Shown here: one piece after another, positions 38,695-54,475 of the stretch
Layout of the letters: each line of letters opens with the position of its first letter
Position numbering within the stretch: the stretch's first letter is position 1
Assembly: GCA_964016885.1 (NCBI GenBank)
Contig: OZ024740.1
Location: 105,462,001 to 105,526,000 of the forward strand
Reading direction: 5' to 3'
From: Eledone cirrhosa
Lineage: Eukaryota
DNA: 64,000 nt
The notes under the pieces: model-generated
Database searches by the model: none
Told to the model about the DNA's origin: nothing
Seen by the model: only the letters and a program-made list of their open reading frames with translations
Translations under genes and position numbers: made by a program

Positions 38695-39646
38695 CAACGT
38701 TGATCATCTTCAAGAGAAGCGGGCAGTAAGGGACCACCCATCTATTGTCGACTTAACCTCCCTTTACTGTTGTGGTGAAGCCTCCGTTCTCGGCCGTCAT
38801 CGCCTGTATAGGGGGTGCCCGTCGCCACCAGTCTGAGTCTGGTCAACAATTTTTTTTGGGTATCCCTTACTGCACGACCCCCTCTTTAGGACCCGACGCA
38901 CACGGACCATGTTAGCTTTGACGATGTCGTGTAATTCCTGGTCAGTTGCTGTGTTAGGGATTTCAGCCGAAATGAAGCTGTCTATGGCATTTGAATTGAT
39001 TTTATCAGCTAACCAAATCAAAATGTGAGCATGTGGCAGCCCTCATTTTTGCCATTCGACGGTGAACATGTCACATTTTACAGCCCCAAATACCTGACCC
39101 TTTTTTATTTCAGTCTGAACACTGTGGTAATGAGGTCATGTCTGTTCGAATAATTTTGCCCAGGAAAAAGTTCACGGGTTACATTCCGATTGATATGTCT
39201 ATAGCATTAATCTGTTATATGAAGTGTTATTTTGCGGGTTGTTATTTGCAATAAGCCGATTGAAAATGCCCCAGATAAGCCGTATGTCAATACGGAACGC
39301 TCCACTGCAGTGTTGTCATATAGGGAGTGAAGAGCGACACAGAGTAAAGCAGTTAAATTAGAGAGAGGGGAAATATACGGAACGCTCCATTTGATCATAT
39401 ACATTGTTTCTCTCTCTGCAGTGTTGTCATATAGGTAGTGAAGAGCAACAGACAGAGTAAAGCAGTTAAATTATAGAGAGGGGGAATGATCATGATCGAA
39501 TTTTGCCCTTATTGTTGATTGATTTGAATTTCTTTTGCTTCATGACCTTCTCCTGACGAAAAGCAATACTTGTCCCGACTTTGAATAGAATCCGTTGGAA
39601 ATTGTGGACGTGCATACGTTACAAATCTTAACAGACACATCCTCAG

Positions 39647-39650
<4 letters not shown>
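38695..39650 (-). mobile_element. Helitron fragment with decayed Rep (HUH) domain
   Basis: FTVEWQK*GLPHAHILIWL..IDSFISAEIP..LHDIV..M..CSKGYPK...G.PLYRR; 5' end tataaagctgaggatgtgtctg at ~39650. Confidence 0.88.
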
Positions 39651-39687
<37 letters not shown>

Positions 39688-39793
39688 TATATAATACAAT
39701 TTACGAACACACACTTGTGCGCGTATACTCATACACATATATGTGCATTTTTTTGTCAATCTCTCCATCCACTTCTTTCATTTTCACAATATC

Positions 39794-39898
<105 letters not shown>

Positions 39899-40100
39899 CC
39901 AAAATAGCTGGATGAACACACTTTTCTAAAACAAATGTTTCCGTTTCTTCCTTCCTTTATCTTATATTTCTTTTAGTTATCATTCTACCTTTTGATTAAT
40001 GACCAGCATCTAAAACGTTAAGACTCTTTCCCTACAATATCAAACGTTAAAATAATATATATATTTTCATTGTACTGTATCGTGTTCCTGCATTTTTCGC

Positions 40101-40164
<64 letters not shown>

Positions 40165-40166
<2 letters not shown>

Positions 40167-40651
40167 CTTTGAGTATGTGTTGGTTGTTTGCCGATACTTC
40201 AGTATGCAGGGTAGAGCACTCAACGGCGTGCGCAGGTGGGTCTGTTTACTTCGGAGTAATGTTAAAACAAGAAATGTAAGTCAACAGGTTAAAATTAACT
40301 TCGTTCATTCATATTCGCTGCTATATATATTTCGGTGATAACCATTATTCAACAGCTATGACATCATCAGGCAGCTAGAACTTGAACAGAAAAAAACAGG
40401 AAAACATAATGTTGGAATAAATTTTACCTTGTTAATTCGTTGATATGTTCAGATCCGGAGTGTGGTGTTATGCATCCAAGGAACTGAAAGCATATGATTT
40501 CAGTTTCTTGGATTATGTTTTCCTGTTTAAGTTCTAACTGCCTGATGAAGTCATAGCTGTTGAATAATGGTTATCACTGAACTATATATATATAGCAGCG
40601 AATATGAATAAACGAAATTAATTTTAACCTGTTGACTTACACTTCTTGTTT
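40165..40651. mobile_element. Tail + inverted repeat with hammerheads (same family as 62012-62550, opposite orientation)
   Basis: Arms 40265-40411 and 40512-40651; ctgc-CTGATGA-...-GAAA-tatata-TA-gcag on minus strand 40317-40374. Confidence 0.8.
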
Positions 40652-41089
40652 ATATATATATATGCATGTATGTATAGTATATTTGGCAATATACCGTATG
40701 TTTAATTAAACACATTTAGAAGACCATACGCTATCAGTTTTAAAGTAGTAATTATGTCACTTACTTCTTTTCAGTGAAAGAAGGGAGAGAAGCTGACTGT
40801 CTGTTTCACGCTGGTTGGCGTTCATCAGAGCTACGTACTCCCCTGCTTACGCCGAAAATTATAGAAGCTGGAATTTTATAGAATTCCAGTAATAATCAGG
40901 AGCTGATTATACAGAGCGATTGCCGGCCCAGCAAAAATTAGGTATTAGGATTGGTGCTCTGAAATAGCGATGTATATATGAATGTATGTATAGTATATTT
41001 TGCTGGAATCATTTCTATATATAATAAAGATACCTATACTCTACCAATGTATTGGTAGAGTATAGATATCTTTTTTTATATATATATAT

Positions 41090-41305
41090 ATAAGAAAATG
41101 AGTGTTAAAAAATGAGATGTCGTACACGGGTGAAAGTAGAAAAAATTGAAAATGCAAGTGGGTTTTTTTTAAGAGACTAACCACAACAGAAACACAAACC
41201 TTCTATCTCAATTTTACTTTTGAAAAGCATAACTGTGAAAACGATAAAGTAAATAAATAAATATTCTTAAAAGACTCCAGTTGCATTTTCAATTTCTTTT
41301 CCTTA
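41090..41305. mobile_element. Short inverted pseudo-LTR + tail relic of the 46563-50460 PLE family
   Basis: 41190-41305 resembles 50262-50398; 41090-41165 is the reverse complement of tail and arm end. Confidence 0.65.
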
Positions 41306-41477
41306 TATATATATGTGTGTGTGTGTATCCCGGGTTCAATCGGGGGTAACCACAGTAAGTAAGGAACTCCATACATAGCAGAGTATAAATGTTTAGTATA
41401 GAAATGGTTTCTACAGCACTAGAACAGTTTCATTCGAAGGAAATGTTCAGGATTTCCCTCAAAATTATCATTTCTAT

Positions 41478-42597
41478 ATTATATTAGCAGCAGGACCCGG
41501 TGTTTCACAGGGTAGGAAACGTGAAATAGCAACATGCATATGCAAACATTGAGGAATATAGCTGTGTACTTTTTGAATTCCCTTATTCTCAGGAAATGAT
41601 TGTTCATCTACGGGAAATGTAGAATACCAGCAGGCCGAATCCAATAGGAGCAGTGTCAGTGGGCTGATGTATGTCGTAAGTCTGTTCACGAATTACGTTA
41701 CGGATGGGGAACTCACGTCAGTCTGAAGGAGTGACGTAGTCAATTGTGTGAAAGCCAAGTAGGGATGTACGTTTAAGTAGGGATATTGAGATGACGAAAT
41801 CAGCGTGGAAACGCAGCTGCAGCAGAAGGCGGTCATAGTGCAATTAGCACAAGCGCTGGGCGACACTGGTTGCACTGCGTTTACACAGCAACAAAGGTGC
41901 AACAAAAGGGGTCACCGCGGAATTAGCACAACCACTGTTCGGCGTACTTGCGCAGGGCGTTCATACTGCGGTATAGGTGCAACAAAAGGAGTCTTAGTAG
42001 AAGTAGCACAGACGTGAGTATTACGGTTTCAATAACACAACGTACACGGCCCGGATTTGCACGCGATGAAAGCATGAAGCGTCAACAGGGCACCGACAAA
42101 AATTTTAAGGTTCTCCTCATTTCCTCAATTCCTCGAAAATGGTCCTGCTTAAAAGTAAGTAAGTGTTGTGTCCTTTGTTAAATAAACCAAATGTTTAACG
42201 AAATATTATACGCTACTTACGATGTTTAAGTAACGTTTATATTAAAAATGAAAATGGCATGTAATGCCCAATGCTAATTCGTAAATTTCCTAGAAACCAT
42301 TAATGGAATCGGAATTCTTTTTGTCCACAGCAATGCGAGGGGACTAACTAATGTGTGCTGCAAATTTCGAGGAAATCGGCTGCATTATCTTTAAGTTACG
42401 GCTCAAAAAAGCCTAAAAATGCCTTTGAAAAATATAGTTTTCCGCCTAATGCGAGCGCTAGGGCAGAAAAAGTTAAAATTCCTTTAGCTCATTGCACTTC
42501 TAGAAATATAAATAACGCATGTGTAAAGGTTGAAAAAAATTGGTCGGGTACTTCTCGAGTTTTAGGGATTTACACATACAGACAGACACACACACAT

Positions 42598-42630
<33 letters not shown>

Positions 42631-42635
42631 TCCTC

Positions 42636-42650
<15 letters not shown>
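41478..42650 (-). mobile_element. Non-autonomous Helitron-like element
   Basis: Minus-strand 5' tataaaacagaggatgt(ctgt)n, shared with 51430; 3' hairpin accctgtgaaacaccgggt followed by ..gCTAA. Confidence 0.65.
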
Positions 42651-42705
<55 letters not shown>

Positions 42706-43580
42706 GGGAGGGGGGAGGGAGAGAGACATTTATCGTTAAACCATAGTTTACTAACCAAGATAAACAATTACAATATAGCAACAGAATTATTGAGAAAGCA
42801 AGTTTTGAGTTCTTTAAGAACGAAACAAAATCAAATAGCTGGACAACGCTACATGTAATATTAGATAACGAGAGAAAAAGGATTGCAATCACACGATAAT
42901 CTGCGAATAGTATACAGGGAAATATATGCATGAGCAGGGTTCAAAAGCGATTTTTCAATTGGGCGTGTATGTATAAATGCTAAGCATGGATGCGAATGAT
43001 AAAAGAGGGATTATGATATATCGATAAAAACTCCATTGTGGTGTCAACAGTACTCAGGAACCTCTAGGGAGGGCTAAAAAAACATAAGGTCTTCAGAGAA
43101 GAAACCTCACCATGCATGTGTTTTGATATGATAAAAATACAAAACGTGTTCATGAATTAAATGGATTATGATATATCGGTAATGACATTTGAGGTATCAA
43201 CAACAGAATACATATATTTGTTTGCCAATGGTTCTCATTTTATATTTCATTTTTACGTTCACTTCATATGTATTTGAACAACTGACTGCTAAATAAATGT
43301 ATATACATAATCATCTTAGATAAAAAATGGAAATAAATTATATCTCTTTTTATATCGAATAACCCACCTCTTGAAGTCAAATCAAAACAATATGTATAAT
43401 AAATTTGATTCCATTACAAGTATTGAGTCCTTCCACCAGTAAATATTTGTTATTTATAACTTTGTAATATATGAACCCTAACGTTATCATACCATGATTT
43501 CATACGAATGAAACAATTCTAGTTTTATGGAAGTAATTTTTCTCTCTCTCTCTCCCTCTCTCTCCCTCTCCCCCTCTCAC

Positions 43581-43691
<111 letters not shown>

Positions 43692-43819
43692 ATATATATT
43701 ATATATATATAATAACAATAATATGGAGTAACGTTAAAAGCACTGGTGTTAGTGCACCATTAAATTCTCAGTGCTAAAATGTCGAATCTAAATTGTTCAA
43801 AAAATAATGAGTAAGCTGG

Positions 43820-45085
43820 AACTTCATGTGAAGGACTCACATCCTGTAAGTGCTCTATGGCCCAGCAGCAGGGATCCACATACTGCTGGTGTTGGAGGAA
43901 GAAGAAGCAATGAGGCAAGACCAACCGGTCGAAGGAATTGAATAAAAATCTAATGAAATGTTATCTGAAAAGTGATCCGACGAAGGCTATAGGAATCCAA
44001 TGTATAAAATATGGAACGATATTGGTCTATTTAAATTAGGTGACAAACACTATCGGGTTGGGATCGTGTAATAACTAATGGATGGATAAGCGAGTTGGAA
44101 TTGGAGGAACTGAGTAAGGAGATTGAGATGGAAATGGAAAGTAGAATTTATCAGAAGAATGAGCCTGTATAAAATGAGTAAACGATAAATAACATGTTCA
44201 GATAAATAACATCTATAGTAAAACCATTGAGAAAATGAATGCTGACGGGCTAGGATAAGATTTTGTTGATATTCTGAATTTAATGGTGGATGAAATCAAT
44301 AATGACAGTGGAAACCTATGAAGATTTGTAGACAGAAAAAAGTCAAAAGTAACGACAGCTAAGGTAAATATGGTCGTCCATCCCTTCAGGCGAAGAATCT
44401 TTACCAATGCAACAACATCCTCAAAATAGTCGCAAATGTGGTGAAAAAATTACTTGGTATCAAAACAGAGGAAAACAGACAAAAAGTACATAGCCTTGGT
44501 GGAAGAGGTGACTGAAAGATCAAATCAAGTAAATAAGAAAAGACATCGGGAAGCTTGAGTCATTACTAAACGAGACATTACAAAACATGAATGCTAAGGA
44601 TAGATTGACAAGAAAATACAACACAAAGGGAAAAAGGGCTAAATGTTATAATAGAGGAACTAAAGCAACGTGTCATGCCAACAGTGTAAAAATCAAAATA
44701 TATGAGAGCAGAGTTATCCAGTATAGACAAAATTGCATGTTCGACAACAAGATGTTATTTGAACAGTCTGAAGAGAAAGGAAGAGGCAACGATGCAATCC
44801 ATGAGGCTGAACAGACCAACACATTTTGGGTGCAGGATATTGAACATAATAGTTGGGCAGAGTGGATTGGGACTGTTAAAAAGGAGGTTAATTAACAAGC
44901 ACACCAACAACCTGATTTGAATATCTCGGTTGAGACCCATAAAAAGCAGGCCAATAAATTAACCAAAAGGAAATCCCCAGACTCGGATGATAAGGAGGAT
45001 ATTGGACTAAAAATATAACATTCCTTCACCCGATACTGACGGCCATGTTCAATGCCTGCTTGGTGTCGAGTGAAGTACCGCGTGG
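43820..45085 (+). pseudogene. Old decayed 5' half of a Dong family B relative
   Basis: Colinear with reverse complement of ~13975-12620 (CYLKSDP, GWISELELEEL, MFDN, ETIKKQA); many stops. Confidence 0.85.
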
Positions 45086-45319
45086 TTGGCTAGACTCATA
45101 CCCACCTAACCACACTACCTCATTCTCCCTGACCCCTTGTCTGTCCAGATACACTTACCATTCCCTGAACTCCCACTTTCTTCATCCGACCATTTTACTA
45201 CCAGATAAATTCAACCAAAGCTAATGGCCTATTTTTTTACACCTTACAAATTTTACTACACCACCGGAAAGGCTTGCTGAACACACAAGCCGAAACCGTT
45301 TGACACCGAGGTCAGGATT

Positions 45320-45920
<601 letters not shown>

Positions 45921-46525
45921 ATATATATATGACGCACTCTCAGTGTTATACGTTATGAAAAATCATTGTACAGTTTTGCTTCGAACAATAATTTTATTTC
46001 AGTCTTCCATTACCTTTAGTTTCGAAAGGTTTCCCCTTCTGCCCTTTCTGCGTAAGCAACAGTATGTAATGAATCAGCGATACTTCGTTACGTTATGGAG
46101 GCCTTGTGTCAAGTGAAATTGATGAAGTTCTTGCATGTCCCGATAGATTTTCCTTTTGTAGCTATTTTAGGAATTCTTTGACACCAGGAAATCTATCATA
46201 TGATCTTCACGTAAAGGTCATCCATAGGCCTGTCTTTTTTGGTTTCAGATTTTTTTTTCAAGCAGCTAAATCAGAAGCCTAATAGCTTTTCAACTGAAAG
46301 TGTTATTATGAAGATAAGAATTGTTATTTACAACGTGGACGTTTCTGTGATAATCTAACTGAATACCGTAATGCAGTCGAACGATACATCCTGCCGTATG
46401 TTCAAATATATACTACTCTTTAAAGTAAAATTATAAATCTCCCCCCCCCACACACACACACACGTACACACACATGTGCATATATATATATATATATACA
46501 TGCACGCACACACACACACAGATAA

Positions 46526-46562
<37 letters not shown>

Positions 46563-46569
<7 letters not shown>

Positions 46570-47202
46570 AAAAAGAGATGAAATCGAAAATGCAACTGAA
46601 GTCTTATTTTTTTAAAAAATATATATATTTATTTGGTTCCTTTACCGGTTTCGCAGTTCTTCTGCTTTTAAAAAGGTGAGTTGAGATGGAGGGTCTGTGG
46701 TTTTTCTCACATCTGGTTGGTCTCTGAATGTTACTTGTTTTATATGGAAAAAGTGTCTCGAAATTCCAGGTTTTTCGAGAAGTAATTTGATTGGTTTGTC
46801 AATAATTATTATAAATTTTGCGCCAGTTCGCGTTACAATAGTTCTTCAAATAAGAGAGGGGGGAGGGGGGGGGGGGTTGTCACAGGTTGTTTTTCATATA
46901 TGAGTGTTTGAATTTCTTTTTACTTGAAAAAAGGAGGCTCACGAAGGCTTTTTTTTGGTTGGTTATAAATGAAATTTGGCTGTCACGTGAACAAGTTTTT
47001 ATTACATTTTTGCGCCCTTATTTGGAAAACTATTCTGTAGTCTTTATAGTGAATGTTATGACAATGGAGAGATAGTGGTCAAGAGAAAAGGGATTGGGAG
47101 AAATGTTCTGGTTCAGTGAATATGGCCAGCTCGCCGGGGTGTCAGAGTTCAGATTTTCTATTGAGACTGAAGATATGTATGTTTATTTGTGTGCTTGTGT
47201 GT

Positions 47203-47271
<69 letters not shown>

Positions 47272-50200
47272 TATTGGAAGATGATTCTATTAGTAGAGAT
47301 GGGGGAGGGAGTTGTGTGTGTGTGTATATGGGTGTTATGTGAGTGTGTGCGAGTATGTTAAGATGGAGAGAATATATATTTTGTGTGTGTGTATATATAT
47401 ATGTGTGTAGGAAAGTGGTTCTATTAGTAGAAATGGGGAGGGAGTTGTAGGTGTGGGGGTTGTTATGTGTGTGTATGGGTGTTATGTGTGTGGGTGTATG
47501 GTTAGCATGTTAAGATGAAGAGAATATATATATATATATATTGTGTGTGTGTGTATGTGTGTGTGTAGGAAAGTGATTCCTTTAGTAGGAATATTTTTGA
47601 ATGAACATATTTTCCTTACTTTTTCGTGTTTGCTGTTGTATTGCCAGTGCAAACGTATGTTAAGGTTTATTTAGTTCGGGTTTTTATTTTCTAAAGTAGA
47701 AGGTGTTATGTGCGTGTGTGTATGTCATATTGTGGTGCTGACATAATGTATATTAAACCTTATTTAATGTTGGTCTATATTTTTGAATAAACATATTTCC
47801 CTTATTTATTCGCATTTGTTCTGTTGTATTGTTAGCGCAAAGGTAAAATGGGAAGACTTGGAATTTGGGTGTCTTATTACTTGCGCAAATGTCTAGATGT
47901 GCACTTAGTGGTATCTGTCTCGTGGTTGGATCTCGTAATTGTTGGCGATGAACTGTCATTCTATTTCTGAGTGTGAGTTTAGTTTGTCCTATATAATCTT
48001 CATTGCATCCTTTACATTTAATGGCATAAATTAGATTTTTTGATGAGCAAGTGAAGTTATTTTTTACAGTAAAATTTTGTCCTGATTTGAATGTATACGT
48101 GTTGCCTTCAATGAGGTGAGTGCAGGTTCCACAATTAGAGCGACCACATTTTTTGATACTTGGTTGTGGGTTTGTGGTAGGTAATTTGGCATTGGTGAGT
48201 AATGTTTTCAGTGATTTTGGTTGTCTTTTGCTTTTGATTATTTTGTGTGTTTCAAGGGCTTTTTTCATTCTTGGGTTTTGTTTTAGTAGTGGGATGTTAT
48301 TGTGAATAGTGTTGTAAGCTTCCGCATTTCTTGGGTTGTGTGTTGAGATATATGATAGAATATTGGACGTACCTTGAATTTGTTTCTGTTTCCGTAATTC
48401 ATCAATGCCTATTGCTTTAGCCCTTTCTATTCCATTATTTATTAGTAATAGTGGGTACTCTCTCTCAAGTAGAATTTCCTTTAATTCTTGAAGTCTTTTA
48501 TTTCGCGTCTCATAATTGGAGACAATTGTGCAAATTCTTCTTGCTAGGATAAAAGGAATGTTCGTCTTCGTGTGCTTTGGATGGTTGGAGGTGAATAGCA
48601 GATATTGTTTGGAATCTGTTGGTTTGTAGTGTATGTCAGTTTCGATATTTGTTTTTTTTTGTGATTAAGATGTCCAGAAATGGGAGTTGATCTTGGCTGT
48701 ATTCCATTGTGAATTGGATGTGGTTATTGATGCCATTTATTAAGTTTTTGAAATCCTTCAGTTGGTCGAGTGTGTGGGACCAAAGAATGAGGCAATCATC
48801 CAAGTAGCGTTTCCAATTCTCTGATAAATATTTGTGGAAGTTCAATCCGTATTTTGATTTGGACTGTTCATATATCTGGACTTCTAAGTATGCCATGACT
48901 AAGTTGGCATAAGTTGGAGCGGCTTTTGTGCCCATCGCAGTCCCCGATATTTGCTTGTAAGTATTGCCATCGAAATCAAAAAAGTTGTTCTGTAGGATGA
49001 ATTTTAATCCCTCGGTGATGAAGCTTTTTTCTATTCTGTCAGGTATCTCATTGGGATATTTCTCTAGCCAGAATCCTATTGCTTCTAGTCCGTATTGGTG
49101 TGGGATCGTTGTGTAGAGATTCACTACATCGAAAGACACAATAATAGTGTCGTTGTTGACATGTTTGGGGAGGTGGTTTAAGAGGTCCAGATCGTCACTT
49201 ACAAGGCTTGGTATGTGTTTCAGTATTGGTTTCAGTAGTATGTCTATAAAGTTGCTCAATCTGTGTGTTTCACATTGTGGGCCCGCTACAATTGGTCTTA
49301 ATTTAAGGTCTGTGGGGTATTGTGTGTTCACGCAGGCTGAGGTGGATTGTTTACAGGCATCGTTGATTATTTTACATTTGTGGATCTTCGGAAGTCCGTA
49401 AAGGTTGCTGGTTTTGTATTCAAAATTTGTTAAATAATCGCGTTCCTTTTTACTTAGGTCTTCCTGGTATCGATAAATCAGTGTGTTTAATTTGGTCATT
49501 ATTTTTGATTGCTGGTAGTTTTTTACTCTTTCATAGTAATTAATATTTTGTAAGAGAGAGAACATAGAATTTTTATATTTTTCAGCCTCCATAATGACAA
49601 CAGTACTTCCCTTGTCCGCTTCCTTAATTACAATGTCCGTATTGTTTTTTAGTTCATGGATAATCTCCCACTCCCTTCGACTTGTGTTGGGTTTGGGTTT
49701 AGGTTGCGGTAGTTCATGGTATGGGAAGGTAGCTATGTGGTCACAAAATTTGTCCAGAACTCTGTTTCTACCTTTTGTTGGGTTGTAGCTGCTTTTATTC
49801 CGTACAATTGATTCGTCGTTATTCTCCTTGTCAAAGAATTCCTCTGTGAGACGTAATTTTCTACAGAAGTGTGAGATATCGTCATTTATCTCGTTGGGGT
49901 TAGGGTATTGTGGTGTTGGTGTGAATTTCAGACCTTTGGAGAGAATTTTTACTTGTTGGGCTGAGAGGTTTGTATTTGAAATGTTAATTATTTTCGGTTT
50001 TTCAAAATCGGTTTGTGCCACCCGTGAGCCCCCTTTTTTTCAAGTAAAAAGAAATTCAAACACTCATATATGAAAAAACAACCTGTGACAACCCCCCCTC
50101 CCCCCTCTCTTATTTGAAGAACTATTGTAACGCGAACTGGCGCGAAATTTATTATAATTATTGACAAACCAATCAAATTACTTCTCGAAAAACCTGGAAT

Positions 50201-50460
50201 TTCGAGACACTTTTTCCATATAAAACAAGTAACATTCAGAGACCAACCAGATGTGAGAAAAACCACAGACTCTCCATCTCAACTCACCTTTTGAAAAGCA
50301 GAAGAACTGCGAAACCGCTAAAGGAACCAAATAAATATATATATTTAAAAAAAAAATAAGACTTCAGTTGCATTTTCGATTTCATCTCTTTTTCTTTATA
50401 CTTTCACTCGTGTAGGACACCTCGGTTATTTTTCATTTTGTAAAAAAAACCTCACTTTCT
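46563..50460 (-). mobile_element. 5'-truncated PLE with inverted pseudo-LTR and tail
   Basis: 46563-46943 is the reverse complement of 50023-50400; extra tail 50401-50460; (TA)n flanks. Confidence 0.93.
47753..50021 (-). pseudogene. PLE RT + GIY-YIG, frameshifted
   Basis: KGLKF, ADKG, LPKIHK, FDVVNLYT, GTAMGT, RYLDD, YKPTD, LIYAIKCKGCNEDYIGQT; frameshifts near 48650 and 48270. Confidence 0.93.
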
Positions 50461-50923
50461 AATATATATATAAATATATATATATGTATGTATGTATATA
50501 TATATATGTATATAAATGGAAACAATGAAATTTCATTTCTCACTCTTCGTACGGCTGGTACTTAAATATAAGTATGTATACGTACATACATATATGTATA
50601 CAGACGTACAGTAGTATGTATATATATACATACATGCACACATATATATATATGTACGTATGGGTTTACCGAACATTTATTATAATGCTCGGTTTGTTTG
50701 TAAACAAACAGCCCGAATTATTAGCCGTACAGTGTTCGGCAACCATCGTTGCCTTTTTGTTCAACACTGACAAAGAACGATGAACTAGTTTCTAGCTTAT
50801 TAGCTGTCATCAGCACCGTATACCTTCCTGTCAGTCGATTGAACGTTTGAAAGTATATACTTTCCTTATGCATATTAAAGACTGAGCAGCCTAATTTGGG
50901 ATAATTTGGGATAATTTGGGATA

Positions 50924-51960
<1,037 letters not shown>

Positions 51961-52154
51961 CACATGGTCTGTGGTCTGATGGAATTAACCCTTTAGCATT
52001 TACATTATTCTATATATACTATATTATTTTCATGGTAAAGGCTTTATCTCACATAATATAAAAATCTCATAGATTTAATATTATTTATTTTGAGAACAAT
52101 ACCTTAACCCTTTAGTATTAATGTGAGGGAGTTAAATATCTGTACACGAATATA

Positions 52155-52207
<53 letters not shown>

Positions 52208-52365
52208 TGTTTTTTTGGCGGTAATCTACTTCCTCATTTTTGAATCAGTTTGAGTATTTCTTTAGAACTGCTAGAGTAACAACCTAGCAGATACCCCAGG
52301 CACTGATGGTGATTATCGCTAAATACTGATATTGATTTGATTATCAATATTAGTATTATTGGGCA

Positions 52366-52492
52366 CCCACTGAAGAATTATAATAGCCCACTTGAATATG
52401 TATCTGTTGATCTTATACAAGCTCCTGCATAAATTGGTATAATTTCACGCAAATTGTAGGAATCTTATAATGAAACGAGACGTCCGTCTGGG
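52366..52492 (+). ncRNA. Type I hammerhead with intact core and long stem II insertion
   Basis: ccca-CTGAAGA-attataa...(~80 nt)...ttataat-GAAAC-g-agacgtc-c-GTC-tggg. Confidence 0.72.
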
Positions 52493-53084
52493 ATGAAATA
52501 TATTCGATATGTCTCATATGAAATAATACAGCCAATTTTCCACACAATACAATTAGTTAGCACCCCGAACGTTTTATTAGGAATATACTCACTTATTTCC
52601 TAATGTTTGTTGAGTGAGCTGGAATTTGGCCGGAGTATCGCTAAAAGCTTTCTCCGATAATGTATTTATTTATATATATATATATATTAAAATAACAGAT
52701 TAAAGTTTAAGCAAATAATCGCTGCTTTCACCCTTAACGGTATCTTCTGAAACTAAAAAAAATCAATCTGTGAACGCAGAAGTAAATATTTCGAAAAACG
52801 TTGCAACCGAAGGAAAACAGGAAGATGATACTTTGGTTCGTGAAGATGTTCCCTGGCATAAGAATATATACAGACACACACTATATATACATATAAACAC
52901 ACACACTGATCGCGTCATAATAGCGTAATGCAGACAGCAGACATACAGACAGATATTATAAGGGCGCAACGTTATATCTACGTATCTATCTAAAAAGAAA
53001 GACTAAGTATTATTGAGAGAGATCGCTAAATCGCCTAATGCGGTCCGTAGGGCATTGAAAATTTGAAATTTGTTTTGCTCAAAA

Positions 53085-53442
53085 CACTCAAATATAATAA
53101 GAACTTTGCAACGCGAACTGGCGCGAAATTTATTATACTTAATCACGTGACAGTCTTCAACCAACCAAATCACTTTTCTAAAAACCTAGCATTTCGAGCC
53201 ACTTTTTTTCCATATAAAAGAGAAGTAACATCCGAACACCAACCAGATGCGAGAAAAACCACAAACCCTCCATCTCAATTCAACTTTTGAAAAGCACAAA
53301 ACTGCGAAACTGGTAAAAGAACCAAATAAATATTCTTAAAAAGACTCCAGTTGCATTTTCGATTTCGTCTTTTTTCCTTATTCTTTCACTCGTGTAGGAG
53401 GTCTCGTTTTTTCCATTTTGTAAAAAAAACCTCATTTTCTAA
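53085..53442 (+). mobile_element. Solo pseudo-LTR + tail of the 46563-50460 PLE family
   Basis: Similar to 50110-50462. Confidence 0.8.
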
Positions 53443-53448
53443 TATATA

Positions 53449-53662
53449 TATAGGAAAATGTTTAACCCCGACGGCAGAGCTCAAGCCGTTTCGACGGCTA
53501 TTTCTGGACTAAATTAGAATTTTTAGTCCAGAAATAGCCGTCGAAACGGCTTGAGCTATGCCGTCTGGGTTAAACATTTTCCTATTACCCACTCTACTAC
53601 ACTTAGTATTGGGTACTCTGGTGCGTTATGGTCCATCTGGTTCCTTACCACACTTCCTTCGA
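53449..53662. mobile_element. Short fold-back palindrome + tail
   Basis: Arms 53449-53514 and 53521-53585 containing gtcGAAAC; tail recurs at 62598-62690, with a relative at 32912-33020. Confidence 0.72.
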
Positions 53663-53675
53663 TATATATATATAT

Positions 53676-53829
53676 GGTCCCCGCACTGCTGATTTCCTCC
53701 GAAATCTCAGAAAGACGGCGGCCCGTTTGAGAGGACAGCCCCGTGAAGTGGGGCTAGCTGCTGCAGAGGGTGGCTCTGACCATTCTCCGCGGTAGCGCCT
53801 TTGCCATTTTGTCTACGGGGAGCAGCTGA
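53676..53829 (+). pseudogene. CRE-clade-like non-LTR 3' coding relic
   Basis: GPRTADFLRNL...(frameshift)LLQRVALTILRGSAFAILSTG*, resembling the QR.S..IQRGNA..IL C-terminus of CRE RLE elements. Confidence 0.6.
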
Positions 53830-54094
53830 AGTACTGCTCAGACTGGAGTATAGTGACTGTCCCCACCTCTTCCTTTCTTTCGCCGCTTGATCCTTCTTTC
53901 TTTTTTTCCTTTTCATTTTCTTTTTTTTTCTTCCCTTTTTGTTCCTCTTAATAGTGTGTTTTGTTTTTATTAGATACTGCTTAATTATTTTTATATATTG
54001 TAAATGGCCTTTCATGATATTATGAGATTTTGTATATTGAATAAATGACGAACCCATTCTTTGAAACGAATGTTAATATTGAATTATTAAATAA

Positions 54095-54475
54095 GCACAT
54101 GGTCAGAAAATTTTGAAGAGTCGATTATATCGATCCCAGTAATTTAGTGGTACTTATTTTACTACACTGGAAAGATGAGAGACGAAGTTGGCCAGGGCTG
54201 GATTTGAACTCAGAACATTTAGAGTCGCAATTAAATTCGGCAAGGCAAAGCATTGGATAAAATATCTTGCGGTATTTAATGAAAAACTTCTTTACGTTCT
54301 GAGTTCAAATCCGGACAAAGTCAACTTTACCTTTCAAATGTTTTGGGTCGATAAAGTACCAGTAAAGTACCAATGAAGTACCAGTAGAGCAGAATTTAAA
54401 CTCAGAGCGCAGAAAACCGGAACAAATACCGCAAAGTATTTTGCTTTACGCTCTAACGATTTTGTTAATTCGCTG
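54095..54475. mobile_element. Cluster of degenerate SINE fragments in both orientations
   Basis: gatttgaactcagaac and gttctgagttcaaatcc motifs. Confidence 0.65.

Noticed and set aside
51984-52120. TTAACCCTTTAG piggyBac-like ends
   Set aside because: Both are in the same orientation with no matching inverted end
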